Virus record (IMG/VR): IMGVR_UViG_3300033146_003879
Coordinates: 54,990 to 118,989 of that record
DNA: 64,000 nt
Origin: a virus
Taxonomy: Duplodnaviria; Heunggongvirae; Uroviricota; Caudoviricetes
Direction: 5' to 3' (one strand)
The number at the start of each line of letters is the position of its first letter. The first letter of the stretch is position 1. Made by a program: the position numbers and the translations under genes. The notes under the pieces were generated by a model that made no database searches, was not told the DNA's origin, and worked only from the letters and a program-made list of their open reading frames with translations. Positions 55,203 to 64,000 of this stretch are shown here, one piece after another.

Positions 55203-56618
55203 CTAAACTCCTGTTTCTTGTGGGCAAGACCCACTGACTTCAATATTAACTACCCATCTGTAGAAAGGTTGCTCTGGATTGAAGTTGGGTGCGTATTGTT
55301 GAATCTGTATTATGTAATTTGAGATATGTTCTGCGTACCCGCCCGTACCATCAGCATCAACTATAAGTTGATCCCGCTTCGTCTGTGCTGCGTCCATCGC
55401 TGCTTGAATCCTTCTCGATGAGGCAGACGTTGTCTGGATTACCCCGGCTAGTACTTTTATCATAGGTACAATCTGAGCCAGCATAGACTGCACGCCAAGT
55501 ATACCTGTTGCAGCTTTGTCTTTGTCAGCCTCGTAGTTACCTCGCATGGTTAAATGAGCAGGAGTCCCTAGTGAGAAATTTATCTGAGGTATATCTACTG
55601 TCTTTAGCGTTACAATCTCGTGGTTAGATGCACCTAAAGCAAACTCGATGCTCTCAAGTGCTGTGTCAACTGATGCGACATACGCCTGCATACGACTCTT
55701 GGGGGCGCCTGATGTGAGGTCAATCATTTCTTTACCGGAGGCGGCCAGCGTACTTCTCACCGTACTTGTCGTTGTAGTAGCGGTCTCTAATGCGGAATCT
55801 GTTGCTGTAACAGCGGACTCTATGCTTGGATTTATTTCGTGCGTCGCCTTATATGATGCGTCAAGCCTGTCCAGTGTTTCGCCGAACGTTTTAAAAAATG
55901 CTTGCGATTGTGCAAGTTGATCTGGTGTTCCTATCTCGTTAAGTGCGACGTTAACGAGCTTCAGATTATCCTCAGCTGTCTTTACTCTTGTATATACTTT
56001 ACCAAGAACCGCTATCTCTGCTTCGTAAGCAAGAATCATTGCTTTTGTTTGTAGATAAGCAGCTTTTGACTCGAGTAGTTTTTTAACGACCTCATCGAGG
56101 CTGCTATTAATGTCAGTAGGGATAACTACTGACTCATCGACCATGGCTTCTGTGGCTCTGTTAATAGTAGCGACGTTAGTGTATAAGGCATACAAGCTAC
56201 GTATAATAGTATCCCTTGCTACTTGAAGCTCTTGTATGTCATCAAACACCTTTGTGTAGTTGTTAGACCTATACCGGGTACCTGCTTCTCCATTTGATTC
56301 GGCAGGAAGGACTTCCATATCCCCTAGCACCATAACTTTTATAAATTTATCTGCGTCTTCACCTGCCTGTACTTCGTATATAAAGCAATACTCGGGGTAC
56401 ATCCCCTCGTAATAACCAGAGTACCCAGTAGGGTTCTTCGATGTGACTGATAGTATGTAACCGGAGCTTATATACTCCATGCGTACTTCAGCTGTTATGG
56501 TAGGTTGTGCTCTATTGTCTTCGTCTCCTGATATAGTTGGTATGAGTCGATCGTAGTCAACGAGCTGCAATACGGATGCTGGGACATCCAGTAATGATGA
56601 TCTACGTGTATTTGCCAT
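55203..56618 (-). CDS. Hypothetical virion protein (coiled-coil fibre-like)
   Basis: 471 aa with long heptad region; CTATAAT motif upstream. Confidence 0.45.
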   Translation of the reverse strand: MANTRRSSLLDVPASVLQLVDYDRLIPTISGDEDNRAQPTITAEVRMEYISSGYILSVTSKNPTGYSGYYEGMYPEYCFIYEVQAGEDADKFIKVMVLGDMEVLPAESNGEAGTRYRSNNYTKVFDDIQELQVARDTIIRSLYALYTNVATINRATEAMVDESVVIPTDINSSLDEVVKKLLESKAAYLQTKAMILAYEAEIAVLGKVYTRVKTAEDNLKLVNVALNEIGTPDQLAQSQAFFKTFGETLDRLDASYKATHEINPSIESAVTATDSALETATTTTSTVRSTLAASGKEMIDLTSGAPKSRMQAYVASVDTALESIEFALGASNHEIVTLKTVDIPQINFSLGTPAHLTMRGNYEADKDKAATGILGVQSMLAQIVPMIKVLAGVIQTTSASSRRIQAAMDAAQTKRDQLIVDADGTGGYAEHISNYIIQIQQYAPNFNPEQPFYRWVVNIEVSGSCPQETGV

Positions 56619-56659
56619 AGTACTACCTCGTAACGCGAACCTTCGCTTAAATTATAGAG

Positions 56660-57223
56660 TTACTTCTTTTTCGTATGCCTTTTCGTCTTCTTTGTGGAAG
56701 ATTTAGTAGGGTCAGACTTTGTAGGATCCTCCCAGGATATACGCTCCTTATACTTGTTCTTAAGATCTTCTTTCGTGGCTGGGAAGTATTTATTAAGGAT
56801 ATTGAACCCCATAACAGCTGGTATTGTTACCAATAAAGTCTCTCTGATTAGAGATTCCAAAAGGATGGCTGGATCTATAGTGGTGTACTCAACGATTCTT
56901 TTGTACCGAACTTCCTTTGTATGCTCGCCTTCTCCAGTATACTCAATAACTTTCTCAAACGGGGTCTCTTCCGTAATGTTGTAAGCTACACCATTCTTTA
57001 TGCGAAGGTACTCATCGATTGTTTCTTGTTCTTCCATATCCATTAAATATAACTTGTGTACCTGGGATTCTTTTATAATCTTTGACATAGCCTCGCGCAT
57101 GATGTGGCTTCCGCCATCATCCTTCACTTTGTGCTTCTTATCTTCATTAGCGGATGCTGTGCCCATCATTCCGAACAGTGAACTTCTCTCCGGATCAACT
57201 GCTATTTGTTTAATGTCACTCAT
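56660..57223 (-). CDS. Hypothetical protein
   Basis: 187-aa ORF with GGAGGG RBS. Confidence 0.6.
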   Translation of the reverse strand: MSDIKQIAVDPERSSLFGMMGTASANEDKKHKVKDDGGSHIMREAMSKIIKESQVHKLYLMDMEEQETIDEYLRIKNGVAYNITEETPFEKVIEYTGEGEHTKEVRYKRIVEYTTIDPAILLESLIRETLLVTIPAVMGFNILNKYFPATKEDLKNKYKERISWEDPTKSDPTKSSTKKTKRHTKKK

Positions 57224-57282
57224 TGAGGGTCCCTCCAGTGTCTCTAGTGTTCACATAAGAATAGACATATCGGCTATCCATG

Positions 57283-58086
57283 TCAACTATTTTCGTTATA
57301 GGATGTAGGTATTAGGGATTGCCTTCTGTTGCCTTTTGTTTTGAGTACCTCTTTCATGTCTTCGGTATCTGCAATGATGCCTGCATAGTCAGGGTCTTCC
57401 TTAGCCTTACCGGAAGCTATTTTTCCAACATGATCAGGGATCATGCCTGTAACAGGGCTGTGGTAAGCATCTAGGTCCTTTGTGTTGGCGTCGACATTCT
57501 GCTCAAAATCAAACAGAAGCTGATCGACTTTGTTATCAGAAGTATCCTTTGGAAATAACTTAGCGCCGTCACGTACAACGCTCAATAACTCCTTCATCAT
57601 ATTGGTAGACATGGTACGTTTCACCTCGTCCCCTGTCATTGTGAGAGCTTGCATCTCAGAAAGTTTCGTGCGGACTTCTCCGAGCGCATACATAGTTGCT
57701 CTGGTGTATGCTTCCTTTGCTACGTCTTCTATAACAATATTTCTGCCTCTATTGAGTATGAGGTCGAGAGCCTCCCACCCTTCGTCAAAAACGCGAGTCT
57801 TAACCGCTCTATCGTTTCCTGGTGGAAGACCTTGTAGGTAATTATAATAGTGTATTCGTGATACAAATGGACCTCGGTCAAAGAAGAAAGGTCCGTAGCC
57901 ATCTGCTTCCTCATAGGATATGGAGAATAGGTCGTCATATAGCTTTGCGGGAGCCCTGTTTCCATCAAGAATAAGTGCCTCTAATACGACCCTAAGGAAT
58001 GGATCTTTATATATCTCGACTAAGCTTAATGGAGCTTCCTTGAGCCCTTTTTCAACATTACGGTAGAGTAGTTCTTCCGTCAGCAT
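57283..58086 (-). CDS. Hypothetical head-morphogenesis-region protein
   Basis: 267-aa ORF within the head operon. Confidence 0.55.
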   Translation of the reverse strand: MLTEELLYRNVEKGLKEAPLSLVEIYKDPFLRVVLEALILDGNRAPAKLYDDLFSISYEEADGYGPFFFDRGPFVSRIHYYNYLQGLPPGNDRAVKTRVFDEGWEALDLILNRGRNIVIEDVAKEAYTRATMYALGEVRTKLSEMQALTMTGDEVKRTMSTNMMKELLSVVRDGAKLFPKDTSDNKVDQLLFDFEQNVDANTKDLDAYHSPVTGMIPDHVGKIASGKAKEDPDYAGIIADTEDMKEVLKTKGNRRQSLIPTSYNENS

Positions 58087-58105
58087 ACAATGCGTTCCCC
58101 ATCAG

Positions 58106-61100
58106 TTAGTCAAGCATATACAGCTTAAGGACGAGGTCACCGAAGTCTGAATAAAGTGATTGCACACTATCGATAAGATCTGCGTAGGCGTCTGCCCCGA
58201 GCTGCTTCTCGTATTTCGCTGCCTGGAACTCGATAGAGAATAACATCTCTCCGAGTACTGTCAGCATGTCCTTAAATGTTCCTGCGTGTCGTTTAAGTGT
58301 AGCTGTAGCTTTAACTCTCGGTATAATATCAAGCAGTGAAGCCGCACTCTGCACGGTTACATTGTTTTTTATTTCAGTAGGTAGCTGAGCTACTGCCTCT
58401 GTAGTTGGCATCATTCCCTGCTGCTGTTGCTGTGGGCCGCCCATATTCTGTACAGCATCCGCTGCCTGTCCTTGAGACATACTGTTGTATGTATCTATGA
58501 GTGTCTGTACGAATGAAGGATCCTCTCCGCCTTGCTCTACAGCAGATCTCGGATCATTCAGAATCTGTTGTACGTACTGCAGTTGCTGCGGGTCTATTCC
58601 GTTCTGCTGCGCTACGGATGGGTCAAACAGTGCTTGCACAAGGATCTTTGCCATTTGGGTAGGATCTTGTTGGGGCTGCTCTGCGGCTGCCGGTTGCTGT
58701 GGTTGTCCTGGCTGCGTAGGTTGCTCAGGTCCCGGCACCGCTTGTCCCGGTTGCTGCGGTGGAACAGGTTCACCTCCCTGAGGAAGGCTCTGACCTGCTT
58801 GCATAATCATATCAACGTCAGCCGGTGTAATGCCTAACTGCTGCATCGCTTGCTGGTCACCTTGTATAGCAGCTTGCATCATTGGCATTGTTTGCTCGTC
58901 AAGGCCTGCTGCCTGCGCTTGTGAAGGATCGGCTAACGCTGCCGCAATGGTTTGCGCAGTAGCCATGTCAAGTGTAGGTGCTCCGCCTTCTGATGGCGCT
59001 CCGCCTTCTGCTGGCGCTCCGCCTTCTGCTGGCGCTCCGCCTTCTGCGGGCGCTCCGCCTTCTGCGGGCGGCATTGCAGCTTCCTGTGCTTGCTGAGTTT
59101 GTTCTGTCATCTGTGTGAGCATGTTCTTAACATCCTCAAGCTGAGTACCCATAGCTTCTACTGTGGATGATATCTCTGATATCTCTTTGTCCTTATCCAT
59201 AGTTACTTCTTTAACAGTCAACTCAAGCTGCTGTTTTAAGAGGTCGTTTTGTGTCTTCATATTATCTTGTACTTCACCTATCTCTTGTTTGATATAGGTG
59301 AATAGTTGCATTATCTCTGATCCCAGTTGGCTCTTGTCCTGCACAGGAGAAGGCGCTAGAGGTGCAGCTTGCTCTTGCTGCGGAGCAGCCGGCGAAACTG
59401 CCATACTCACAGGATCTGCACTACTTGCGACTTTCGTAAGGATAAGATTCGCTTGTTTTGTTGTCATTCCTATTGCGTGAAGGATGCTTGGTAAGTATCC
59501 TCCTTTAGCGCGTATTGAGTCACCGATAACTTGATTCCCACTGTGATTCGGAGTCATGTACATAACTTCAATCTCACCTTGAGTGATAGGTATAGTCTTA
59601 TCTACTCTTGTTACGACAACTGTGGGGCCTGATTCATGCGCTACGTAAGCGCTGACGTCAAACGCGCCGAGTGTGTGATACACTCTATCAACGGATTGTG
59701 ATATTCCGTAAAGCATGTCGCGAATCCAATCTGTGTGATCTCTACTCGATGGAGATGCTATCTGATAAAGGGCTACTTTTACGCTTCCGAGTGATGATTT
59801 AAACGAATATGTTATCGCTTCTCTCCCTTCTTCTTCGATACGGGCGGCTCCTATCTCTTCCTCGCTATTATTAATGCCTCTACTGGTTGTATACAGCGTG
59901 TCTCCGTTTGAGACCCACCTTCCAGTAGATCCATCCGAAAGGGTTACAACAAACTTCGTTACTTTTGTATCCTTCCCGCTCTTGTAGTAACAAGAGAAAA
60001 TGGGTACGTCAACACGACCTTTATAGTGCGTATTAGCGGTCGGTTTGTAAGTGAGGGTATACTTCATGCTCCCGTTTCCGAGGTCAACAATGGACTCCCC
60101 GACGGTAAAGGCATCGGTACTTTCGCGGCTGTCAATCTTTACAGTTTCATCGTAGTACTCATTCGCCGACGAGATGTCCCGTAGCTGGCTTATGCTTAAT
60201 CCTGAATACAGACGCTCCCCATCGAATAATACATAGAGGGGGCGCTTTGCTTCTCTATAGCTCGCTGCTCTTTTTTGCATGTACTCAACATCTGTCTTTA
60301 TGATTCTGCGCACAGCATCATAGGTGAGTTTCTCTGGGAACAGCTTCTTAAGTACAAGGCGGGAGCTCGCTCTTCCGGCAGTGCTGTATAGCAACAAGTC
60401 TGGAGTAAGGTCGTCGTCGTGCACGGACATACCGTTGCGAATAGCGTCAACATTGTTTGTCATACTTGCTTGAGACTCACTCCCATGACGAAGTGGCGAC
60501 TTAACAATGCTACGTGCAACAAGTTGAGCAAAAGGATCTCTCCCTGAGCGGAACGCACAACCATGTCCACCACTTACTTTTGTAGCTTTCTGAGGGTCTG
60601 TGTCTACGTTTGACAACACTTTGTTGTACATCTCAATACGTTCGTTGCCGGTGAGTACCTGCATAGGTAGCATTGAACCGGTAAGTAACGACACTGACTC
60701 ATTAGACCCGCCGCGTATTGTCGCTACACTTATTTTACCCGGACGGATTGAACCTGCGATAATTCCCAAAACGTCTTGGGGTGTACCGAGATCCATACCG
60801 TTCGAGAATGACATTGAATTAACGTCGGTAATGTCAGAGGTCTGCGTAATGTTATACTGTTCATTCGTGAATATCCCCGCCGAGGAATACTTACGAAGAT
60901 TGTAGGCGATAGTCTTGCTGTTTGACCCGGCGAGTTTAAGAAACTCTTTCGGAATAGCGGGGTATTGCTTACTCGTAATGTAGGGGTTCGGTGTAACACG
61001 TTCTGCTGTCTTTAAGAACGTATTGACTAGGTGAGCGTTCGCAGTTTTCTTGAGCCCTGAACCGTACACAGCTGCTCTTGCTGCAGAATTTATACGGCTC

Positions 61101-61744
61101 AAATTATGAGCACTGTTGAATGCAGGCAGCAAATGAAGTAGTTCTGTGTTTGATGCAGCGACCTTCATCAACTTCTTTGTGTAGTTCTTTGAAGTGGATG
61201 CGGCGATGTCTCTGATTGCACGTGTCATGTCAGCGGCACTTGCATAATTCCTGATTGAAGGACTAGACGACTCCCCATCAACGGTAAATAAATCTCGATT
61301 TGCAATGCCATCAGAACTATTATCAATCTTATTGCGTGTCGCACTAGACTCAGCCTCTGTATCGGTGAGGGTTGCGAACGTATCGTCTCCGGCTTCTCCT
61401 CTAGTGGAGATAGTATCGAAGTACTCTTTTGTGAACGGGAGCCACAGCTTGTTCTTTGCTGAGTAGAACCCTGGAACCGGTAGGATCTCACCGTCGTTGT
61501 ACACAATTGGGGCCTCAAGCGTTGTGTTGCCCGCCTGTATCGATATTATACCGACAGCGAAGCGTCGCTCTCTATCAATGTACTTGTCTATCCACTGTAC
61601 ATCTGAAATGCTGTCTCCAACCCAGTCATACCTTGAGCTGATATACTGCATAACACTCTCTGTTAAGTTCGACTTAAATGTCGGCTGATCAATCCCTGCT
61701 GTGTTCTCTGCAATCTTTTTCATCATAGCTACCCTTTCTGACAT
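58106..61744 (-). CDS. Large head-associated protein with K-x-A sites and Q/P/A/G-rich repeats
   Basis: 1212 aa; KKIA, MKVAA, KKTAN, LKTAE, LKLAG, QKRAA; AEGGAP x4-5; CTATAAT motif upstream. Confidence 0.5.
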   Translation of the reverse strand: MSERVAMMKKIAENTAGIDQPTFKSNLTESVMQYISSRYDWVGDSISDVQWIDKYIDRERRFAVGIISIQAGNTTLEAPIVYNDGEILPVPGFYSAKNKLWLPFTKEYFDTISTRGEAGDDTFATLTDTEAESSATRNKIDNSSDGIANRDLFTVDGESSSPSIRNYASAADMTRAIRDIAASTSKNYTKKLMKVAASNTELLHLLPAFNSAHNLSRINSAARAAVYGSGLKKTANAHLVNTFLKTAERVTPNPYITSKQYPAIPKEFLKLAGSNSKTIAYNLRKYSSAGIFTNEQYNITQTSDITDVNSMSFSNGMDLGTPQDVLGIIAGSIRPGKISVATIRGGSNESVSLLTGSMLPMQVLTGNERIEMYNKVLSNVDTDPQKATKVSGGHGCAFRSGRDPFAQLVARSIVKSPLRHGSESQASMTNNVDAIRNGMSVHDDDLTPDLLLYSTAGRASSRLVLKKLFPEKLTYDAVRRIIKTDVEYMQKRAASYREAKRPLYVLFDGERLYSGLSISQLRDISSANEYYDETVKIDSRESTDAFTVGESIVDLGNGSMKYTLTYKPTANTHYKGRVDVPIFSCYYKSGKDTKVTKFVVTLSDGSTGRWVSNGDTLYTTSRGINNSEEEIGAARIEEEGREAITYSFKSSLGSVKVALYQIASPSSRDHTDWIRDMLYGISQSVDRVYHTLGAFDVSAYVAHESGPTVVVTRVDKTIPITQGEIEVMYMTPNHSGNQVIGDSIRAKGGYLPSILHAIGMTTKQANLILTKVASSADPVSMAVSPAAPQQEQAAPLAPSPVQDKSQLGSEIMQLFTYIKQEIGEVQDNMKTQNDLLKQQLELTVKEVTMDKDKEISEISSTVEAMGTQLEDVKNMLTQMTEQTQQAQEAAMPPAEGGAPAEGGAPAEGGAPAEGGAPSEGGAPTLDMATAQTIAAALADPSQAQAAGLDEQTMPMMQAAIQGDQQAMQQLGITPADVDMIMQAGQSLPQGGEPVPPQQPGQAVPGPEQPTQPGQPQQPAAAEQPQQDPTQMAKILVQALFDPSVAQQNGIDPQQLQYVQQILNDPRSAVEQGGEDPSFVQTLIDTYNSMSQGQAADAVQNMGGPQQQQQGMMPTTEAVAQLPTEIKNNVTVQSAASLLDIIPRVKATATLKRHAGTFKDMLTVLGEMLFSIEFQAAKYEKQLGADAYADLIDSVQSLYSDFGDLVLKLYMLD

Positions 61745-61840
61745 TAGTACGCCACCATCAATACAATGCTATTATAGAGGGAACGTTGCGTATTTCAACA
61801 AACCGTCTATAATTCAGTTGAATACAACGGAGGGACAACC

Positions 61841-64000
61841 ATGCTATATTCGGATGTAAGGCTAGTAATCTTTGGGAAAGAAGTCGAGTATGTGTCGCTG
61901 GATTACTCCGCAACAAGGCTCGATATTATACTAGAGCAAGACAACGCAAGGCTACACAAACTAACTGACATATTACATCACGAGGATCTTCCGGTGCAGG
62001 TGCTCGTTATAAACCCAAGGGCGGCTGCCCCAGAAGATATTAAAGATTACATTGTTCAGTTTGACGGATTCATACCTAAAGCATCTATAAATTCATCTCA
62101 CCTATCCTCGAGCTCACTCATACGACTGTATGCTACAGCGACACTAAAACAAACACTCTCGTCAATAAAGTACAACTACATATCATCAGGGTCATTATTT
62201 GCAGGAACTCAAGCTAGTATGTTAGAGAAGGCTCGAACACGCGCTGTTGTAGCAAGTAGCACAAACACAGCAATGGTAACGGTACCAGAAGTTCAGTCTA
62301 TGGCATACAAGATATTCATGCTTAAGAAAGTCGGTATAAACCCTCAGTCCGCTCGTCGTCCGAGCGACTTCTACGAGAATATGCTAAATGCAATGATGAT
62401 GCCTCTAAATGACACGCTCGCAGATCGAACAGAAAGGGCAACCGTGGCGTTTGACGCTCTTGTACCAGACACAGGGAACAGCAATGTTCTTCTTACTTCC
62501 TCTGCAGTAACGGCGCTAAACTCTATAATACAAAATAACAAAGAAAAGGACGATAGCGCATATGAAGATTCTCAAGGGATAGCGTTTACAGAGCAGTCCG
62601 TGTACACTATGTTCCAGGTAATAAGCCAGCAAGCGTACAATGGTATAAACGCGAGCGTTAAGAACGCGACAGATGTGTACAAGAGGCTCGCTGCCAACAG
62701 CCCCCCTATCAGAAAAGGCCTTCTTGCAAGTCACTACCTAGGTCTTAATGGTTCCACATCAGGCGGCGGTGTATTTAAGCACGTGCTTAAGAAAAATCCA
62801 AACAAACAAGTGTCTGACTTTGTAATGTCGATTGTTAATGCATTTGATATACTCCTTAAACAACTGACAGTGCTTGCGCTGTCAACTGCAGGTGTAGCCG
62901 TATTCCCATATTCCGTAGACTTAACTTTCCGCACGGTAAAACCCATACGAGGAACGCTGAGTGAGTATATGATGTCTTTATATAAAGGGTCTGCTCCAAA
63001 ACAATTCTCACTGACACCGGTTGTCGATGTTCCTGTTGGAAGGATACTACGGGAAGCAGAGCTTGCCGCTCTAGCTATAACGGAAAGGCATATGACAATG
63101 GTCTTAACAAATACAGGAGCTACTTACGGAAATAACTCTCCTAGTGAGATTGCTTCTGGAATTATGCATCTCATTTTTGATAAGATCCTAAGTGAGATAT
63201 TTAATATTGAGATATATAATGCTGACGACGTCCTTAACTTTAATGAAAGTACTGCCAAGAAGATAATCGTAAGTGGAGCATTGCAGTTAAAGAAGAAAGA
63301 AATGGAAGAAGAGGGCAAGAAGAAAGGTAAGGTAGATGATGGTCCTAACAAGAAAGGCGGAGATACTGCGGATGAAGTGTCTGTCCCTACCGATAAGGGA
63401 CCGCTCGGTATGGCTCCTCCAGATCTCGTCGGGTTAAGGGAGGCAACGGATAAGGTAGCAAAGAGTGTAAGGACATCTGATGTTGCGGTGAAGCTGCTGC
63501 ACGGAAACATAGCTTCTACTGACGGACCCACTGATGAAAAGTTCTCTGTAGCGGTACTGCATGATGAAGATGCGGAAGCTAAGAGAGCTGAAGCTAATAA
63601 GCTTAGTGAAGCGGAAGCCAAGAAGATGGCGGAGAAGAGCAGAAGCGACTTGGTTAAGAATCCAGCAGATTACTCCAATATGATAAATTGGCAATACCTA
63701 GGCGGAGATACTGACACCATACACAGTATGATGAAGGATTCGTACACAAATGCACTAACCGTACAGGCGAATACACACAAAGAGACCCCACTTGTTCTTA
63801 ACTCTAGTAACTTCGATGATTGGGCAGTGAAGATAAGGTGCGCAAAAGGTGTGTCTATTGACGCTATGTTGGCATTGACGAAGTCAAAGACTATTAAAGA
63901 TATAAGCATCTATCCTACCGTAGCCCTTATTATAAAAGCTTTACAGGATAACGTTTCTGGAGAGGGTGTAGAGGGAGCTGATGCTGGAGAGAGCCCGAAA
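61841..64000 (+). CDS. Large hypothetical protein, likely structural (runs off the window edge, missed by the ORF track)
   Basis: Hand translation from ATG 61841 (GGAGGG RBS, CTATAAT at 61807): MLYSDVRLVIFGKEVEYVSLD..., open for 720 codons to the edge. Confidence 0.7.
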   Translation, partial: MLYSDVRLVIFGKEVEYVSLDYSATRLDIILEQDNARLHKLTDILHHEDLPVQVLVINPRAAAPEDIKDYIVQFDGFIPKASINSSHLSSSSLIRLYATATLKQTLSSIKYNYISSGSLFAGTQASMLEKARTRAVVASSTNTAMVTVPEVQSMAYKIFMLKKVGINPQSARRPSDFYENMLNAMMMPLNDTLADRTERATVAFDALVPDTGNSNVLLTSSAVTALNSIIQNNKEKDDSAYEDSQGIAFTEQSVYTMFQVISQQAYNGINASVKNATDVYKRLAANSPPIRKGLLASHYLGLNGSTSGGGVFKHVLKKNPNKQVSDFVMSIVNAFDILLKQLTVLALSTAGVAVFPYSVDLTFRTVKPIRGTLSEYMMSLYKGSAPKQFSLTPVVDVPVGRILREAELAALAITERHMTMVLTNTGATYGNNSPSEIASGIMHLIFDKILSEIFNIEIYNADDVLNFNESTAKKIIVSGALQLKKKEMEEEGKKKGKVDDGPNKKGGDTADEVSVPTDKGPLGMAPPDLVGLREATDKVAKSVRTSDVAVKLLHGNIASTDGPTDEKFSVAVLHDEDAEAKRAEANKLSEAEAKKMAEKSRSDLVKNPADYSNMINWQYLGGDTDTIHSMMKDSYTNALTVQANTHKETPLVLNSSNFDDWAVKIRCAKGVSIDAMLALTKSKTIKDISIYPTVALIIKALQDNVSGEGVEGADAGESPK

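Noticed and set aside
1-64000. Stop-codon reassignment or tRNA genes
   Set aside because: Code-11 ORFs tile the window densely using all three stops; no tRNA cloverleaf was recognised.

Overview
This is a 64-kb segment of a large, probably jumbo, lytic dsDNA tailed phage with a contractile tail. It uses the standard genetic code and GGAGG ribosome-binding sites, and most genes lie on the minus strand. In order, the window holds: a baseplate gp25-like gene (partial); an AEP-primase/SF3-helicase fusion; tail tube, sheath and baseplate genes interrupted by an iteron-like putative origin (8.2-8.7 kb); a five-gene ubiquitin-like module (ThiF/E1, JAB, Ubl, two unknowns; 14.3-22.6 kb); a plus-strand cassette of nine mostly glycine-zipper proteins rich in K-x-A motifs (22.8-29.5 kb); a SNF2 helicase; a self-contained structured ncRNA candidate (31.1-31.4 kb); a cluster of an SSB-like gene, a Cys-rich gene, two Cas4-like genes (one apparently catalytically dead) and an atypical reverse transcriptase with YSDN instead of YxDD and a large fingers/palm insertion (33.1-39.0 kb); small accessory genes with two more structured intergenic RNA candidates, one carrying an anti-Shine-Dalgarno loop; and a head module (putative capsid, decoration, scaffold, neck, portal). 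No tRNA, CRISPR array, cas1/cas2, terminase, DNA polymerase or integrase was recognised. All calls come from manual motif reading and hand-folding. No database searches or folding programs were run, and structural-protein calls are lower confidence. The best candidates for an undescribed system are the RT/dual-Cas4/SSB/ncRNA locus, the phage Ubl conjugation module, the anti-SD sRNA and the K-x-A processed head-protein cassette.
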